Source of the DNA: a candidate division WOR-3 bacterium
Lineage (GTDB): Bacteria > Hydrothermota > Hydrothermia > UBA1063
Length of the DNA stretch: 64,000 nucleotides
Direction: 5' to 3'
Assembly: GCA_039803545.1 (NCBI GenBank)
Contig: JBDRYS010000002.1
Coordinates: 68,385 to 132,384, forward strand
A program made the translations under genes and the position numbers. The number at the start of each line of letters is the position of its first letter. The first letter of the stretch is position 1. Below, piece after piece: positions 10,203 through 21,006 of the stretch. The notes below the pieces were generated by a model. The model had not been told where the DNA came from. It worked only from the letters and a program-made list of their open reading frames with translations, and ran no database searches.

Positions 10203-10775
10203 ATGAATGAAAGGCGATTAACTCTTCCCATTGAAAAGGAAACACTTCTCAATTTAAAGGCAGGTGATAGGGTTTTTCTCACAGGAGTCATATATACCGC
10301 AAGAGATGCAGCCCACAAAAGGATTGTGGAAGAACTTGAGAAACACATTTTTAGTTTATTTCCATTAAAGGGTGCAATCATTTATTATTGTGGGCCATCC
10401 CCGGCACCCCCTGGAAGGGTTATCGGGTCAGCTGGGCCAACTACATCTTATCGAATGGATCCTTATGTTCCAATCCTTTTACAGCATGGGGTTTATGGAT
10501 TTATCGGAAAAGGGAAAAGAGGTGAAGAAGTACGAAACGCCCTGCGGAAGTTCAGAGGGGTCTACTTTATTGCCACAGGTGGGGCTGGCGCCATCCTTTC
10601 AACAAAAATTGTTCGCTCCACGATAGTAGGCTATGAAGACCTTGGCCCAGAAGCCATTTACGCACTTCATGTTGTCGATTTTCCTGTAATCGTTGGTATT
10701 GATGCCGAGGGTAATGATATTTACGAACTTGGCCCACAGAATTTCAAAACACAGATTAGTCAGCTAAATACTTAG
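10203..10775 (+). CDS. fumB: Class I (Fe-S) fumarate/tartrate hydro-lyase, beta subunit
   Basis: LKAGDRVFLTGVIYTARDAAHKR...YYCGPSPAPPG...GKGKRG..FIATGGAGA match the FumA/TtdB C-terminal (beta) domain. No alpha subunit gene is adjacent. Confidence 0.75.
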   Translation: MNERRLTLPIEKETLLNLKAGDRVFLTGVIYTARDAAHKRIVEELEKHIFSLFPLKGAIIYYCGPSPAPPGRVIGSAGPTTSYRMDPYVPILLQHGVYGFIGKGKRGEEVRNALRKFRGVYFIATGGAGAILSTKIVRSTIVGYEDLGPEAIYALHVVDFPVIVGIDAEGNDIYELGPQNFKTQISQLNT

Positions 10776-11721
10776 TAAAACCCTCAGAGTAAATTGTGGT
10801 ATCGTCCATTATTATGTAATACTCAAGGCCTTTAACCTTTTCCTGGAGTTCCTTAGCCTTTTCAGGGCCCATTACAAAAATTGCAGTGGCAAAACCGTCA
10901 CAGAGTGTTGCATCCTTAAATAACACCGTGACACTCCGCACGCCATTGGACACGGGATAGCCTGTTAAAGGTGAAAAAATATGACTATACCTTTTACCAT
11001 TCTGCTCAATGTATCTCTCATAATCCCCCGAAGTACAGCAAGATATATCGGAAAGAGCAACAACTTTATTAACGCCTTCTCTATTATGAGGGTCTCTTAT
11101 ACCAACACGCCAGGGCTTGCCTTCCTTTCTACCAACAAGGTAAAGATCCCCTCCAGCATCTATTATTGCAGAACTTACACCTTTATCTCTTAAGTAGCGG
11201 GCTGCAAGATCGATGGCATAACCTTTAGCTATGCCTGCAACGGTTATCCTTTGATTTTTACCTATTTTAACCCTATTATCCGACTCAACAACTTTCCTGT
11301 AATCAACGAATTTCCGATATTTTTCTATGGAATCTACAGGAGGAAAAGCATATTTACCTTGCTCGTCAAAGTGCCAGAGGTGCACCAAGGATCCCACAGT
11401 GATATCAAAGGCCCCGTCGGTAAGTTGAGATACATAAATCGCTTTCCTGATACAATCGGCCGTGTAAGGATGAACGGAAACAAACTTGCCAGAGTTATCG
11501 TTAATCTTATAAATGTCAGAATAGGGTTTTATTGGATTCATCAAAGAGTCTACGAGCCGGAATATTGAATAGACAGAATCACTAAGCAGGATGTCCTTCT
11601 GCGGAAGGGTTACATTTAAAACGGTCCCCATAACGAGGTATGTTTTTGTAACGTAGTTCGATTTTTCGGGTGAACACGAAATTATAGCTAATAACGAAAA
11701 TACAAATAATCTTTTCTTCAT
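10756..11721 (-). CDS. apbE: FAD:protein FMN transferase (ApbE family lipoprotein)
   Basis: Lipobox LLAIISC; ApbE motifs AFDITVGSLVHLW, GIAKGYAID, HIFSPLTGYP, DGFATAIFVMG. Confidence 0.8.
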   Translation of the reverse strand: MKKRLFVFSLLAIISCSPEKSNYVTKTYLVMGTVLNVTLPQKDILLSDSVYSIFRLVDSLMNPIKPYSDIYKINDNSGKFVSVHPYTADCIRKAIYVSQLTDGAFDITVGSLVHLWHFDEQGKYAFPPVDSIEKYRKFVDYRKVVESDNRVKIGKNQRITVAGIAKGYAIDLAARYLRDKGVSSAIIDAGGDLYLVGRKEGKPWRVGIRDPHNREGVNKVVALSDISCCTSGDYERYIEQNGKRYSHIFSPLTGYPVSNGVRSVTVLFKDATLCDGFATAIFVMGPEKAKELQEKVKGLEYYIIMDDTTIYSEGFTKYLAD

Positions 11722-13139
11722 TTTGATGGCACAACCCTCACTTTTCTGAATTTGCAGGGAGGACTGCCATGTCCAACCTTCATAGTCTGACCAGGCTCTC
11801 CCTTACCACAATTGGAAATCCCGTAATATTCAAACTCTTTCTCGTTTCCCACCATCACCAAGTTATTCCAAAAAACGGGGGTGATTCCAGTATAAGCAGG
11901 ATTTTTTACCATACCTACTATCTTCCCTTTAGAAATGAGGTAGCCTACTTCTGTTCCAAATTGAAAGTTTAACCTCTTATCGTCAATAGACCAGGACTTG
12001 TTCGTTTTCATAAGAATACCATACTTAGTGCTTTCGATCATCTCCTCTAAGGAAGAATTACCTGGAAGCAAGTTTATATTGGTCATCCTTACTAATGGAA
12101 TCCTCGACCAATCCTGCGCCCTTGCTGCACCAGAGCTCTTTGAATTAATATAATAAGCACTTTCCCTGGAAGAAAGGTATCCAGAAAGAATTCCATCTTT
12201 TATTAAAGGAATGTTTTGTGCCTTAACTCCCTCATCATCATACCCGAAAGTCCCAAGCCCATGGGGATAAGTTGAATCCTGGTATACATTTAAAAGCTCT
12301 GAACCATATTTAAAGGTGTTTAATTTATCAAGGGTCGCAAAACTCGTCCCTGCATATGAAGCTTCGAAGCCAAGGACTCTATCCAGTTCTAAGGGATGAC
12401 CAATGGACTCGTGGATCTGCAACGCCATCTGATCAGGGGCAAGAATCACATCCATCTCACCCTCAGGGCATGTGGGGGCAAATAAAAGCTCCTGAACTTC
12501 ATCCACTAGCTTTTCTGCAATTTCCTTAGCATTTAGCTCTATGATATACTCGTAACCCTTTCTGAGCATGTTAGAAAAGCTTCTTTCCTGAACCTCTCCC
12601 TCTCTTTCAGCCACTACTTTCATGGAAATACCAGAGTCAATAAACCTTTGATCGATTAAACTACCTTCGGTACTCGCAAATACCTGTTTAAAATCTTCAA
12701 ATTCCAGATAAGAAAGGCGCTTTCTTATATACCTCCCCTTCAAATGTAGATCCAGCTCAAGGAGCAAATTTATCTTATCTTCAAGGTCCACCTTGAAAGG
12801 GTCCTTAATATGGGGACTCACATAACTATCCACATAAGGGGGCTCTTGACTAAGTCCTGCAACCTTCGCAATCTTATGAGTAGACCGTGCTATTTCAATC
12901 GCTCTATTAACGGCTTCCTCCGCGTCCTTGATAGAAGTCGAACTCACTCCAGCAAAACCCCATCGATTATCAACAAGTACTCGAATTCCCACACCTTCGT
13001 TCACAGTTTTTTCGATCCTATCAACAATTCCATCCTTTACCAAAATGAACTCTTTAACAACCCTTACTACCCTCACATCTCCATACTGAACCCTTTTTAG
13101 TTTCAACAAATCTATGATACTTTCCGCCAGTTTCTTCAT
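11718..13139 (-). CDS. tldD: TldD/PmbA family metallopeptidase
   Basis: 473 aa with TldD-like N-terminus and HESIGHPLELD-type motif. Overlaps apbE by 4 nt. Confidence 0.7.
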   Translation of the reverse strand: MKKLAESIIDLLKLKRVQYGDVRVVRVVKEFILVKDGIVDRIEKTVNEGVGIRVLVDNRWGFAGVSSTSIKDAEEAVNRAIEIARSTHKIAKVAGLSQEPPYVDSYVSPHIKDPFKVDLEDKINLLLELDLHLKGRYIRKRLSYLEFEDFKQVFASTEGSLIDQRFIDSGISMKVVAEREGEVQERSFSNMLRKGYEYIIELNAKEIAEKLVDEVQELLFAPTCPEGEMDVILAPDQMALQIHESIGHPLELDRVLGFEASYAGTSFATLDKLNTFKYGSELLNVYQDSTYPHGLGTFGYDDEGVKAQNIPLIKDGILSGYLSSRESAYYINSKSSGAARAQDWSRIPLVRMTNINLLPGNSSLEEMIESTKYGILMKTNKSWSIDDKRLNFQFGTEVGYLISKGKIVGMVKNPAYTGITPVFWNNLVMVGNEKEFEYYGISNCGKGEPGQTMKVGHGSPPCKFRKVRVVPSK

Positions 13140-13142
13140 CCT

Positions 13143-13925
13143 CTACCCCCCAATTATCACGTTACTACTTATGTTTCTAAGAACCTGAAGGCACGAAAGG
13201 GCGGCTAAGAAACTGGTTTTTGGATTCTGGGGAAACGGCTTATTTTTCAAAACAATTTTTAACTCCGCCGCTTCTGACTTCACTTCTATTGTGTGCTCGT
13301 TGTTCTTAACTCTCGGATCCACAATGACCTCCACTTCAAGTTTTTCTAATATATCACCTGCGAGGCCAAGAGCAACGGCCACATTAATATTCTGTGGAAA
13401 AAGTTTTGCAGCCTCGATAGCAGATCCTTTGAACAGGGTCTCCGGAGCAGTAACTTCTTTTCCCAGTCCTGCTGGAGGCTTTCTCGTCGTAAGTTTGGCT
13501 TTCGAAATTTTAACATAAGAAAGGGCCTTTAATCCGTCTAAACCCGCTACAGCGCCTGAAGGAATGTAAATCTTTCTATTCTTCAATCGTGCAAAATCAA
13601 AGAGTTTGTGCCGGAATTCTTCGTCCGCAAAGGCGCCAGCACTCATGGCCACAAGGTCTTTACCCGACTCTAAAATCTGGAATGCATAATCTTTTAAAGC
13701 CTCTTGGGAAGCTGCTTCCAAAACTATGTCAATATCATGTTTTATAAAGTCCTCAAAAGTAAAGGCTATATCGGGCTTTCTTGAAAGTAAGTTCTGAAGC
13801 CCATATGCCTTTTCAACCTTTACATCATAAATAACTTGCAAATGCATATTCGGCAAAACGTCTTCTTCTATCGCCTGGGCCACGAAGCTTCCTATGGCAC
13901 CACATCCTATAATTCCAAGTCTCAT
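13143..13925 (-). CDS. nadX: L-aspartate dehydrogenase
   Basis: Very similar to Thermotoga NadX (GIIGCGAIG Rossmann, FPQNINVAVALGLAG, ENPKTS). Start at the internal Met abutting the nadC stop. Confidence 0.8.
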   Translation of the reverse strand: MRLGIIGCGAIGSFVAQAIEEDVLPNMHLQVIYDVKVEKAYGLQNLLSRKPDIAFTFEDFIKHDIDIVLEAASQEALKDYAFQILESGKDLVAMSAGAFADEEFRHKLFDFARLKNRKIYIPSGAVAGLDGLKALSYVKISKAKLTTRKPPAGLGKEVTAPETLFKGSAIEAAKLFPQNINVAVALGLAGDILEKLEVEVIVDPRVKNNEHTIEVKSEAAELKIVLKNKPFPQNPKTSFLAALSCLQVLRNISSNVIIGG

Positions 13926-14764
13926 TCCTCTACCTCCAGACTCACATCGCAACTTCTTATCGTTTTGGTTAAATAACCAGATGAGATGATGTTAACACCC
14001 GTTTTTGCATAATCTTCAACGTTCTCGAAATTAATACCTCCAGATGCTTCAAGGAGAACCTTTCCATAGTACCCCAGTTCTTTGTATCTTTCAACCACCC
14101 GGGAGATTTCCATTGGGCTCATATTATCAAGCATAACTATATCGGCACCCGCCTCTGCTGCGGATACTGCGTCTTCCAAACTCTCCACCTCAACTTCTAT
14201 TTTATGGACGAAACTTGTCTTCTCCTTGGCCAGCTTAACAGCCTCCTTTACCCCTCCAAGCAGTTTCAGATGATTATCTTTAATCATAACCGCATCGGAT
14301 AACGAAAATCGGTGGGTGTCACCCCCACCGGCCTTAAAGGCCATTTTTTCAAAGTATCTCATACCGGGAGTAGTTTTTCTTGTGCAGGCAATTACAATCT
14401 CCGGATTTACTGACCTGGCCTTCATAACGAAGAAGGCGACCTGAGTAGTTATACCGGAAAGATGCCCGATCAAATTCAACAGCGTTCTTTCCAGTTGTAA
14501 AATCAACCTTGCATGCCCTTCTAAAAAGGCAAGTACTTCATCCTTTACAACCCAATCACCGTCGTTTTTCTTAAGCTTAACATTTATACCATAATGTTCA
14601 CACAACCCTTTCGCATACTCAAGGCCGAAAACCTTGAAATTTTCCCTCGCCTCAATCCTTGCTTTACAGCGAGTGCCCTGGGGAATTAGTTCCGAGGTAA
14701 TGTCACCAAAAGGTATATCTTCCTCAACATATTCCAGCAGTTTCTTTAAAATTCTCTGTTCCAT
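13922..14764 (-). CDS. nadC: Nicotinate-nucleotide pyrophosphorylase (quinolinate phosphoribosyltransferase)
   Basis: [41 protein letters not shown] motifs of NadC. Confidence 0.85.
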   Translation of the reverse strand: MEQRILKKLLEYVEEDIPFGDITSELIPQGTRCKARIEARENFKVFGLEYAKGLCEHYGINVKLKKNDGDWVVKDEVLAFLEGHARLILQLERTLLNLIGHLSGITTQVAFFVMKARSVNPEIVIACTRKTTPGMRYFEKMAFKAGGGDTHRFSLSDAVMIKDNHLKLLGGVKEAVKLAKEKTSFVHKIEVEVESLEDAVSAAEAGADIVMLDNMSPMEISRVVERYKELGYYGKVLLEASGGINFENVEDYAKTGVNIISSGYLTKTIRSCDVSLEVEE

Positions 14765-14771
14765 CGTTATA

Positions 14772-14800
14772 ATTATTTAACCTCAGGCAGGTATAAGCAA
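14772..14800 (-). promoter_or_regulatory. Promoter TTGCTT-17-AATAAT, then 7 nt to ATG (leaderless nadC)
   Basis: Minus strand: TTGCTT (plus 14800..14795), 17 nt, AATAAT (plus 14777..14772), TATAACG, ATG 14764. No SD. Confidence 0.4.
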
Positions 14801-14809
14801 GGAGGAAAT

Positions 14810-15679
14810 ATGGCTATCCTATTAAGTAGGGAATCGAGGGTTATTGTTCAGGGAATAACCGGACGTGACGGTTCCTTCCACGCTAAATTGATGAAAGAAT
14901 ATGGAACAAAGGTTGTTGGAGGTGTGACCCCGGGAAAAGGCGGACAATTTGTCGATGGTATACCCGTCTTTAATACTGTCAAAGAGGCAGTTGAAAAGGA
15001 AGGGGCTGACGTGTCTTGTATTTTTGTTCCCGCTCCCTTTGCAGCCGATGCTATTATGGAAGCAGCCGATGCCGGAATAAAGTTAATAGTGGCAATCACA
15101 GAGGGCATACCTATCCAGGATATGGTGAAAGTTGTTAAATTTGTGGAGGAAAAGGGGGCAAGACTCATTGGACCTAACTGCCCAGGTTTGATAACCCCGG
15201 GGGAAGCAAAGGTTGGCATTCTTCCAGGTCACATTTTTATGAGAGGCCCAGTGGGTGTAATATCGAGGAGTGGAACGCTCACCTACGAAATTGTCAGTCA
15301 TTTAACGGCTGCAAAGATTGGGCAGTCTACTGCCATTGGAATTGGCGGAGATCCAATTATTGGGACTAAATTCATTGACCTTTTGAAACTGTTTAAAGAA
15401 GATCAGGAAACCAAGGCGGTTGTTCTCGTGGGAGAGATAGGGGGAACCGATGAGCAAGAGGCAGCTTCCTACATAAAAGCAGAATTTGGTAAACCCGTTG
15501 TTGCCTTTATCGCAGGAAGAACAGCACCAAGGGAAAAACGCATGGGACACGCAGGTGCGATAATTTCGGGGAGTGAGGGTACAGCGGAGGAAAAAATCAA
15601 GGCATTCAACGAGGCGGGGGTTCCAGTTGCCAAGGAGCCAAGAGAGGTTGCCGAACTCATCGCGCAGGTTCTCAAGTAA
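14810..15679 (+). CDS. sucD: Succinyl-CoA synthetase alpha subunit
   Basis: Near-colinear with E. coli SucD ([36 protein letters not shown], phosphohistidine loop MGHAGAII). SD AAGGAGG. No sucC is adjacent. Confidence 0.9.
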   Translation: MAILLSRESRVIVQGITGRDGSFHAKLMKEYGTKVVGGVTPGKGGQFVDGIPVFNTVKEAVEKEGADVSCIFVPAPFAADAIMEAADAGIKLIVAITEGIPIQDMVKVVKFVEEKGARLIGPNCPGLITPGEAKVGILPGHIFMRGPVGVISRSGTLTYEIVSHLTAAKIGQSTAIGIGGDPIIGTKFIDLLKLFKEDQETKAVVLVGEIGGTDEQEAASYIKAEFGKPVVAFIAGRTAPREKRMGHAGAIISGSEGTAEEKIKAFNEAGVPVAKEPREVAELIAQVLK

Positions 15680-16158
15680 TGATCTTTATTCTACTTCTCT
15701 TAAATCAAATTGATTCTACCCTGCTGGCGAATCTGAAAGAGAAACCTTTCAAAACCGAATTTGTCGAAATCGTCCAATATAAAGAGATGAAAACCCAGGA
15801 TACCTTTCGTGGAAATTTAACTCGCAAAGGATCAAACATAAAAATGGAAGTTGTTTACCCATCCAAGGAAACCTACCTAATAAGAAATGATACACTTTTT
15901 GTAATAAGCCAGGGGAAAGTAACTTCTTATCCCCTTGAGGAAGATGCCCTCAAACTCTTGAACTTCCAATTTTTGAGCGACACCATTAATTATGAACTTA
16001 AGGTTTCCGAGGACACTCTATACCTTAAATCAAAAAAGGAGTCTCTGTTCCTCATGGCAAAGTTAGTAATACAAAAGGGCATTCCCGAAATTCTTTCCAT
16101 TGAAGACGAAGAGAAAATTCTTAAGTTCTCCTTTAAAAAATGGAAATTCTATGAGTGA
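15679..16158 (+). CDS. LolA-like fold hypothetical protein with N-terminal hydrophobic segment
   Basis: Start overlaps the sucD stop (TAATG). [19 protein letters not shown]...[12 protein letters not shown] resembles LolA/LolB-type carrier proteins. Confidence 0.4.
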   Translation: MIFILLLLNQIDSTLLANLKEKPFKTEFVEIVQYKEMKTQDTFRGNLTRKGSNIKMEVVYPSKETYLIRNDTLFVISQGKVTSYPLEEDALKLLNFQFLSDTINYELKVSEDTLYLKSKKESLFLMAKLVIQKGIPEILSIEDEEKILKFSFKKWKFYE

Positions 16159-16558
16159 GATTCTCGAAAGAGGTAACAACTGTTTTGTCTGCGGCGAAAA
16201 AAATCCAATCGGCCTAAAGGTGAAAGTTGAAGGTTCAGGCCCCGAAAGGTTTATAAAGGTGAGGCTTGATTCCAACTATGAAGGATACGAAGGGATAATA
16301 CATGGGGGGATTTTAGTTACACTCATGGATGAAGTAATGGCTTACGCAGTCTCTGATGGGATAAACTGGGGGGTTACCGCTTCTATTGAAGCGAAGTTTA
16401 GGAAAAAGGTCGAATCTGGGAAAACCGTTATAGTGTGGGGAAAACTAATTGAAAGATCAGGCAATTGGGCAAAAGCCGAAGCAAGGATTACTTATGAAGG
16501 AGACGACACGATACTCGCTGAAGCAAAAGCCCTTTTTAAATTAGTTTTGATAAAATAA
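16151..16558 (+). CDS. PaaI/YbgC-type hotdog-fold acyl-CoA thioesterase
   Basis: CFVCGEKNPIGL...GIIHGGILVTLMDEVMAYAV is typical of PaaI thioesterases. Start at the internal Met overlapping the upstream gene by 8 nt. Confidence 0.65.
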   Translation: MSEILERGNNCFVCGEKNPIGLKVKVEGSGPERFIKVRLDSNYEGYEGIIHGGILVTLMDEVMAYAVSDGINWGVTASIEAKFRKKVESGKTVIVWGKLIERSGNWAKAEARITYEGDDTILAEAKALFKLVLIK

Positions 16559-16675
16559 TCTCGCAACTTCTTCCTTAATTTGAAAAAATACAAAAATGCC
16601 TCTTAGCACATCAAAATATAAGACTGCTTACAGATTAACTAAACTAATTGTTGCTAAAAACTGTAGCCTTCCAGA

Positions 16676-17611
16676 CTACCAAAGGTAAAGGGTCCTCCCT
16701 GAATTCAATATTATCTTTAAGTAGTCTCTGTGAGCACTATCCTGATACTCGTACTTTCTACCGACCACATCCCCAATGTCTAAGTTATTCGCAAAGAAAT
16801 TCCCAGTTATATCCCTGTATCTTGGTCCCCCCTGGAGCGACTGAATCTTTGAAATAAGCGATACTATCTTAAATGTGATATTCTGATACGGGTAAATAAC
16901 CTCGACGCTTCTTGTGGAGTCAGATTTGCAAGTTGCTTTGACGAGAATCGAATCACAGCTTGAACTACTCTCCTTGTACACAGTTCCATTAATTGTCCCA
17001 ACAAACATAGACGCATTGCTAACACCGGTCCTTATTGCGTGAACATCAAAACTCGCAACATTGGCAATATAATAGTAGACATCAACCGTGTCCCCTTTAT
17101 TCGAAAAGACAGCAGCAAAAAGGGGATTTCCATTTTTAACAAGGTCTATTGAACCTTTCAGAACATGAATATAAGAAGTCATCCCATCAGTGCTGTCAAC
17201 ATGCAAAGTTAACCTAAAGGTGTCAGACTTTACCCATACAAGCCTAACACGGTTTGTATCAAAACTCTGCCTTACCCAGCTTGTATCAGCATAAAACCAT
17301 TCTCCGTATACATTGTCACTCTTAAGATATATATGTGAAAAGAGATTGACAACATTTATAAAAGGCGTCGGATCAGTGCTATCTTTTACCCAGAAGCTTT
17401 TGTCTATACCAACGAGAATAGGGGTTCCATCCGGTTCTGGTAATTGCGCCAGCTGGATTGCAGCCTCACTATTATTAACATCTTCATTTGTTTGATTCAA
17501 CTCAGTAGAGACAACGGCCGCTTCATCATCATAGTCCGTAGCAGGTTCCTTACAGGAAAAGAAGGCGAAACTTAAAGCTAACACTACCAACACACTCACA
17601 CATTTCATCAT
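16676..17611 (-). CDS. Secreted lipoprotein of unknown function
   Basis: Signal peptide plus lipobox (LALSFAFFSC). No recognisable domain. SD GGAGG before the second ATG. Confidence 0.5.
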   Translation of the reverse strand: MMKCVSVLVVLALSFAFFSCKEPATDYDDEAAVVSTELNQTNEDVNNSEAAIQLAQLPEPDGTPILVGIDKSFWVKDSTDPTPFINVVNLFSHIYLKSDNVYGEWFYADTSWVRQSFDTNRVRLVWVKSDTFRLTLHVDSTDGMTSYIHVLKGSIDLVKNGNPLFAAVFSNKGDTVDVYYYIANVASFDVHAIRTGVSNASMFVGTINGTVYKESSSSCDSILVKATCKSDSTRSVEVIYPYQNITFKIVSLISKIQSLQGGPRYRDITGNFFANNLDIGDVVGRKYEYQDSAHRDYLKIILNSGRTLYLW

Positions 17612-17662
17612 CCACCTCCTGTAAAAAATTCTATGCCTAAGCTAATAAAAAGTCAAGAAGCA

Positions 17663-20600
17663 TTAATTGAATTTTCTAAGAAATTCTAATAGAAGATAAG
17701 CGCCCCTCTCCTTTAGCATGCCAAAGAAATACCCCCTACTTCTTGGGTCCTTAAAAACCGGGAATTCAGAAAAATCTATCAAAACCCTCAAAGGCTCTTC
17801 CCATATCAAATGGGAAGCTTCTGGTTCAATCTTCCCCTTTAAAATAGAATATAAAGCCAACCAGAGTAATCTTAACTCTTGGGAATCCTTTTCAATATAT
17901 TCTCTTAATGAGCATAGGGATTCGTAATCAAGATAATCCACTTCACCCTTACAAAGGTAGCTTACACCTGCGGCGTAGAGTATTGATTCGGCCTTCCTAA
18001 GGCTAAAATCAGAATAACCTTCAAGCTCTTTTGCCTCTTTAAGATATTTTTTTGCAGCCTCACAATTCTCCATCAAGCATTCTAAAACAGCACAGTAAAC
18101 CTTTATCTGAAAAAGTTTTTCGCTATCATTGAGCTTAACGTACATTTCTTCTGACTTTAAGAAAGACTCCTTCGCTTCCTTAAACCTTCCCAACCTGTAA
18201 TTTAATATCCCGTTCAAAAAGAAAAGGATGGCGACGCGGGAGGGATGAAGACTGGGATAATTTACAATCACTGAATCAAGGAGTTCCTTTCCCTTCTCAA
18301 AATCAAATAACTCAAGGTACACATTTACAAGATTTATTGTAGACTCAGCTACATAACTTGGCAATTTTAAATCAAGGAAAATTCTCCTTGCTTCTAAATA
18401 GGAATTCTTTGCTTTTTCAAGGGCTCTCTTATTGAAATACACTCTTCCTAAATTGTGCATGACAATTGCTAATAAGAATCTACTTCCTGAATTTTTTATC
18501 ACAGACAATGCTTCTTGCAGGTAGTCTTCTGCAACATCAAATTTCCACAACCCAAGGTATATCTGGCTTAAATTTATTAAAATTTTTGCCCGTGCAGTAA
18601 GTTCACCTAACTCTTCAAAAATGGATTTGGCCTTTTCGTAATAATAGATTGCCCTTTCATAATTTTTGCAAACTTGTTCAATGTTGCCTAATAAATTAAA
18701 ATCTGCACCGAGCGTCCTTAAGGCATCCCATGTACTCAACCCATATTTTTCGATAATTTCAATACTTACATTAACATACTTTCTTGCACTTTCGTAATCT
18801 CCAATTCTCCAATAAACCCAAGCTTTTTTATAGTTGGCGTATGAACTGATTTCAGGATCATCAGAATTTACGGCTTCTTCAAGATAACTGAAAGCTTCCT
18901 CAAACCTCGATAACTTCTCGTAAATACTGGAAATTAGAATTTTGTACTTTAGCCTTAATGTATCCCCCTCAGCAATCTCCCCAATATGAGAATTTAGTAA
19001 ACTCAAGGAACTTTCGAAATCACCAAGACCCTCAAGACACTGAGCTATTTTATAAACAGACTTTGGAGTCTCTCTAAGATTTTTGTAACACTGTAAAGCA
19101 TAAGAGTAAAATCCTTTTGAAAAAGCGAGATCTCCAGCAGTTTCATAATAAAGGGCTGCTTTACTTGTGTCACCAAATCTCTCATAATGATAGGCTATCA
19201 TAAAAAGCATGTATTCATCTTTAGCTTCAACTTTTTCCAATTGCTGAGCAACCAAACTATGAAGCCTTTCTCTTTCCTTTTTGGTTATTAACGAATAAAC
19301 TGCCTCCCGTAATAGCTCGTTTTTAAAAATATACTCGAAGTCACCCTGAATAAATGACTTTCCCTGCGAAATAATAAAACCATTTTTTTCCAGTTCATTT
19401 AACTCTTCCCCAATCGATTTTCCAACTATTACTTCCAGTACGCCCCGCCAGAAATGCCTTCCAATTACCGAGGCAACTTTCAAAATCTCCTTCAAGGGTT
19501 CCGAAAGGTTATCGACTGCAGAAACCAACAGTCCATTAATAGACCCAGGAATCTCGTATTGTTCCTCTTTAATTCGTAAAGGGTTAAATTCCAGAAGCCC
19601 CTTGTCTCTCAAAAAGTAAATAAGTTCTTCGATGAAATAAGGATTGCCTTTCGTTTTTTCAAGCATTACACTAAAAAATTCCTCAGAGATTGAATCGGCC
19701 GGGACCTGCAAGATTGTAGAACAAACTTTTTTAACAAAATCTTCCCCCAACCCCTTCAGTTCCATCTTAAAGTCCACGGGAAAATACCCAAGGGACTCCC
19801 TCGAAATACACAATACGATAATATTCCCCAAGGTAATCTTCTTTGAACACTCATTTAAAAAGTATCGCGACTCGCTATCAATAAACTGGCAATCATCGAG
19901 AAAAATAATGAAGTTAACGACATCCTTAGCCAGGAATTCGAATAATCCCTGCATGCTTGCTAAAAACTCCTTAATTAATTCATCAGAAAACTGCATTTTT
20001 CCATTAAGAAAGGTGGATATTCTCTCCCCCAAAATGTCTGCATCTATTTTCGAAAGAGCATGATTTTTCTGTAGATACTCAGATATAGTCTCTTGAGTTT
20101 TCCATGAATAGGGCACTACCGCTGATAATATATCTTCCAATATTTTTCTTAAGGCATAGAGAGGCTGCTGTTTAATAGGATCGCACCTAAAAAAAGATAC
20201 TTTAGCTTTCGGTAAAATCGTTGTAATTCTCTCCTTAAATTCTGAGCACAACCTGGTTTTCCCTATTCCCGCCTCTCCTGTGATTTCGCAAAAATGGACG
20301 CCCGGTTTTGATGATTTGTCCAACACCCATTTTTCCAGCTCTAAAATCTCAGCTTCCCTTCCTACAAAAGGTGTCTTAAAACGACCGCGGATGGAGAACT
20401 CACTCTCCACCGGTTTCTCCCCTACAACTTCAAACACCTTCACCGGTTCTTCTCTGCCTTTAACTTTAAAGGTTCCTACATCTTTAAAGTAAAAATTCTG
20501 AAATGTTAAACTTACGACAGAATCAGTTACGTATACTTTCCCAGGTTCAGCTATGTCTTCGATTCTCTGTGCAACATTGACTGTATCGCCCAAAACGGTA

Positions 20601-20992
20601 GGTTTTTCACCCGCAATGGAAGACCACAATACTTCTCCGACATTGATCCCTATCCTCATCTTAACTTCTGTTCCTCTCTGAGTATTCACCTCTTCTAAGT
20701 GCTTTTGCATGGCAAGCGCAGTTATAACGGCCCGCCTTGCATCGTCTCCATAGGAAACAGGCGCGCCGAAAACCGCCATCACTGCATCCCCTATGAATTT
20801 ATCAAGATATCCACCATTTCTCTCAATTATCTCCTTAAACTTCCTAAAAATACTGTCAATCAGCTCCTGCAAATCCTCTGGGTCAAGAAATTCAGACAGA
20901 GAGGTAAACCCCTTAATGTCACCGAACAAAACGGCGACTATCCTCCTTTCGGGTTTAACACTGGATCTATTGTCAATTCCCATTTTATCCAT
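17663..20992 (-). CDS. Class III adenylate/guanylate cyclase fused to a STAND (AAA_16-like) NTPase and TPR repeats
   Basis: N-terminus VAVLFGDIKGFTSLSE...FIGDAVMAVFGAP...RIGINVGEV (CHD cyclase). Walker A GEAGIGKTRL. C-terminal half made of TPR-like repeats. 1109 aa. Confidence 0.8.
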   Translation of the reverse strand: MDKMGIDNRSSVKPERRIVAVLFGDIKGFTSLSEFLDPEDLQELIDSIFRKFKEIIERNGGYLDKFIGDAVMAVFGAPVSYGDDARRAVITALAMQKHLEEVNTQRGTEVKMRIGINVGEVLWSSIAGEKPTVLGDTVNVAQRIEDIAEPGKVYVTDSVVSLTFQNFYFKDVGTFKVKGREEPVKVFEVVGEKPVESEFSIRGRFKTPFVGREAEILELEKWVLDKSSKPGVHFCEITGEAGIGKTRLCSEFKERITTILPKAKVSFFRCDPIKQQPLYALRKILEDILSAVVPYSWKTQETISEYLQKNHALSKIDADILGERISTFLNGKMQFSDELIKEFLASMQGLFEFLAKDVVNFIIFLDDCQFIDSESRYFLNECSKKITLGNIIVLCISRESLGYFPVDFKMELKGLGEDFVKKVCSTILQVPADSISEEFFSVMLEKTKGNPYFIEELIYFLRDKGLLEFNPLRIKEEQYEIPGSINGLLVSAVDNLSEPLKEILKVASVIGRHFWRGVLEVIVGKSIGEELNELEKNGFIISQGKSFIQGDFEYIFKNELLREAVYSLITKKERERLHSLVAQQLEKVEAKDEYMLFMIAYHYERFGDTSKAALYYETAGDLAFSKGFYSYALQCYKNLRETPKSVYKIAQCLEGLGDFESSLSLLNSHIGEIAEGDTLRLKYKILISSIYEKLSRFEEAFSYLEEAVNSDDPEISSYANYKKAWVYWRIGDYESARKYVNVSIEIIEKYGLSTWDALRTLGADFNLLGNIEQVCKNYERAIYYYEKAKSIFEELGELTARAKILINLSQIYLGLWKFDVAEDYLQEALSVIKNSGSRFLLAIVMHNLGRVYFNKRALEKAKNSYLEARRIFLDLKLPSYVAESTINLVNVYLELFDFEKGKELLDSVIVNYPSLHPSRVAILFFLNGILNYRLGRFKEAKESFLKSEEMYVKLNDSEKLFQIKVYCAVLECLMENCEAAKKYLKEAKELEGYSDFSLRKAESILYAAGVSYLCKGEVDYLDYESLCSLREYIEKDSQELRLLWLALYSILKGKIEPEASHLIWEEPLRVLIDFSEFPVFKDPRSRGYFFGMLKERGAYLLLEFLRKFN

Positions 20993-21006
20993 TATTATAT
21001 AGCATC

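Noticed and set aside
10372-10626. Alternate-frame 84-aa ORF inside fumB
   Set aside because: It is in the same strand but a different frame of a well-supported gene.
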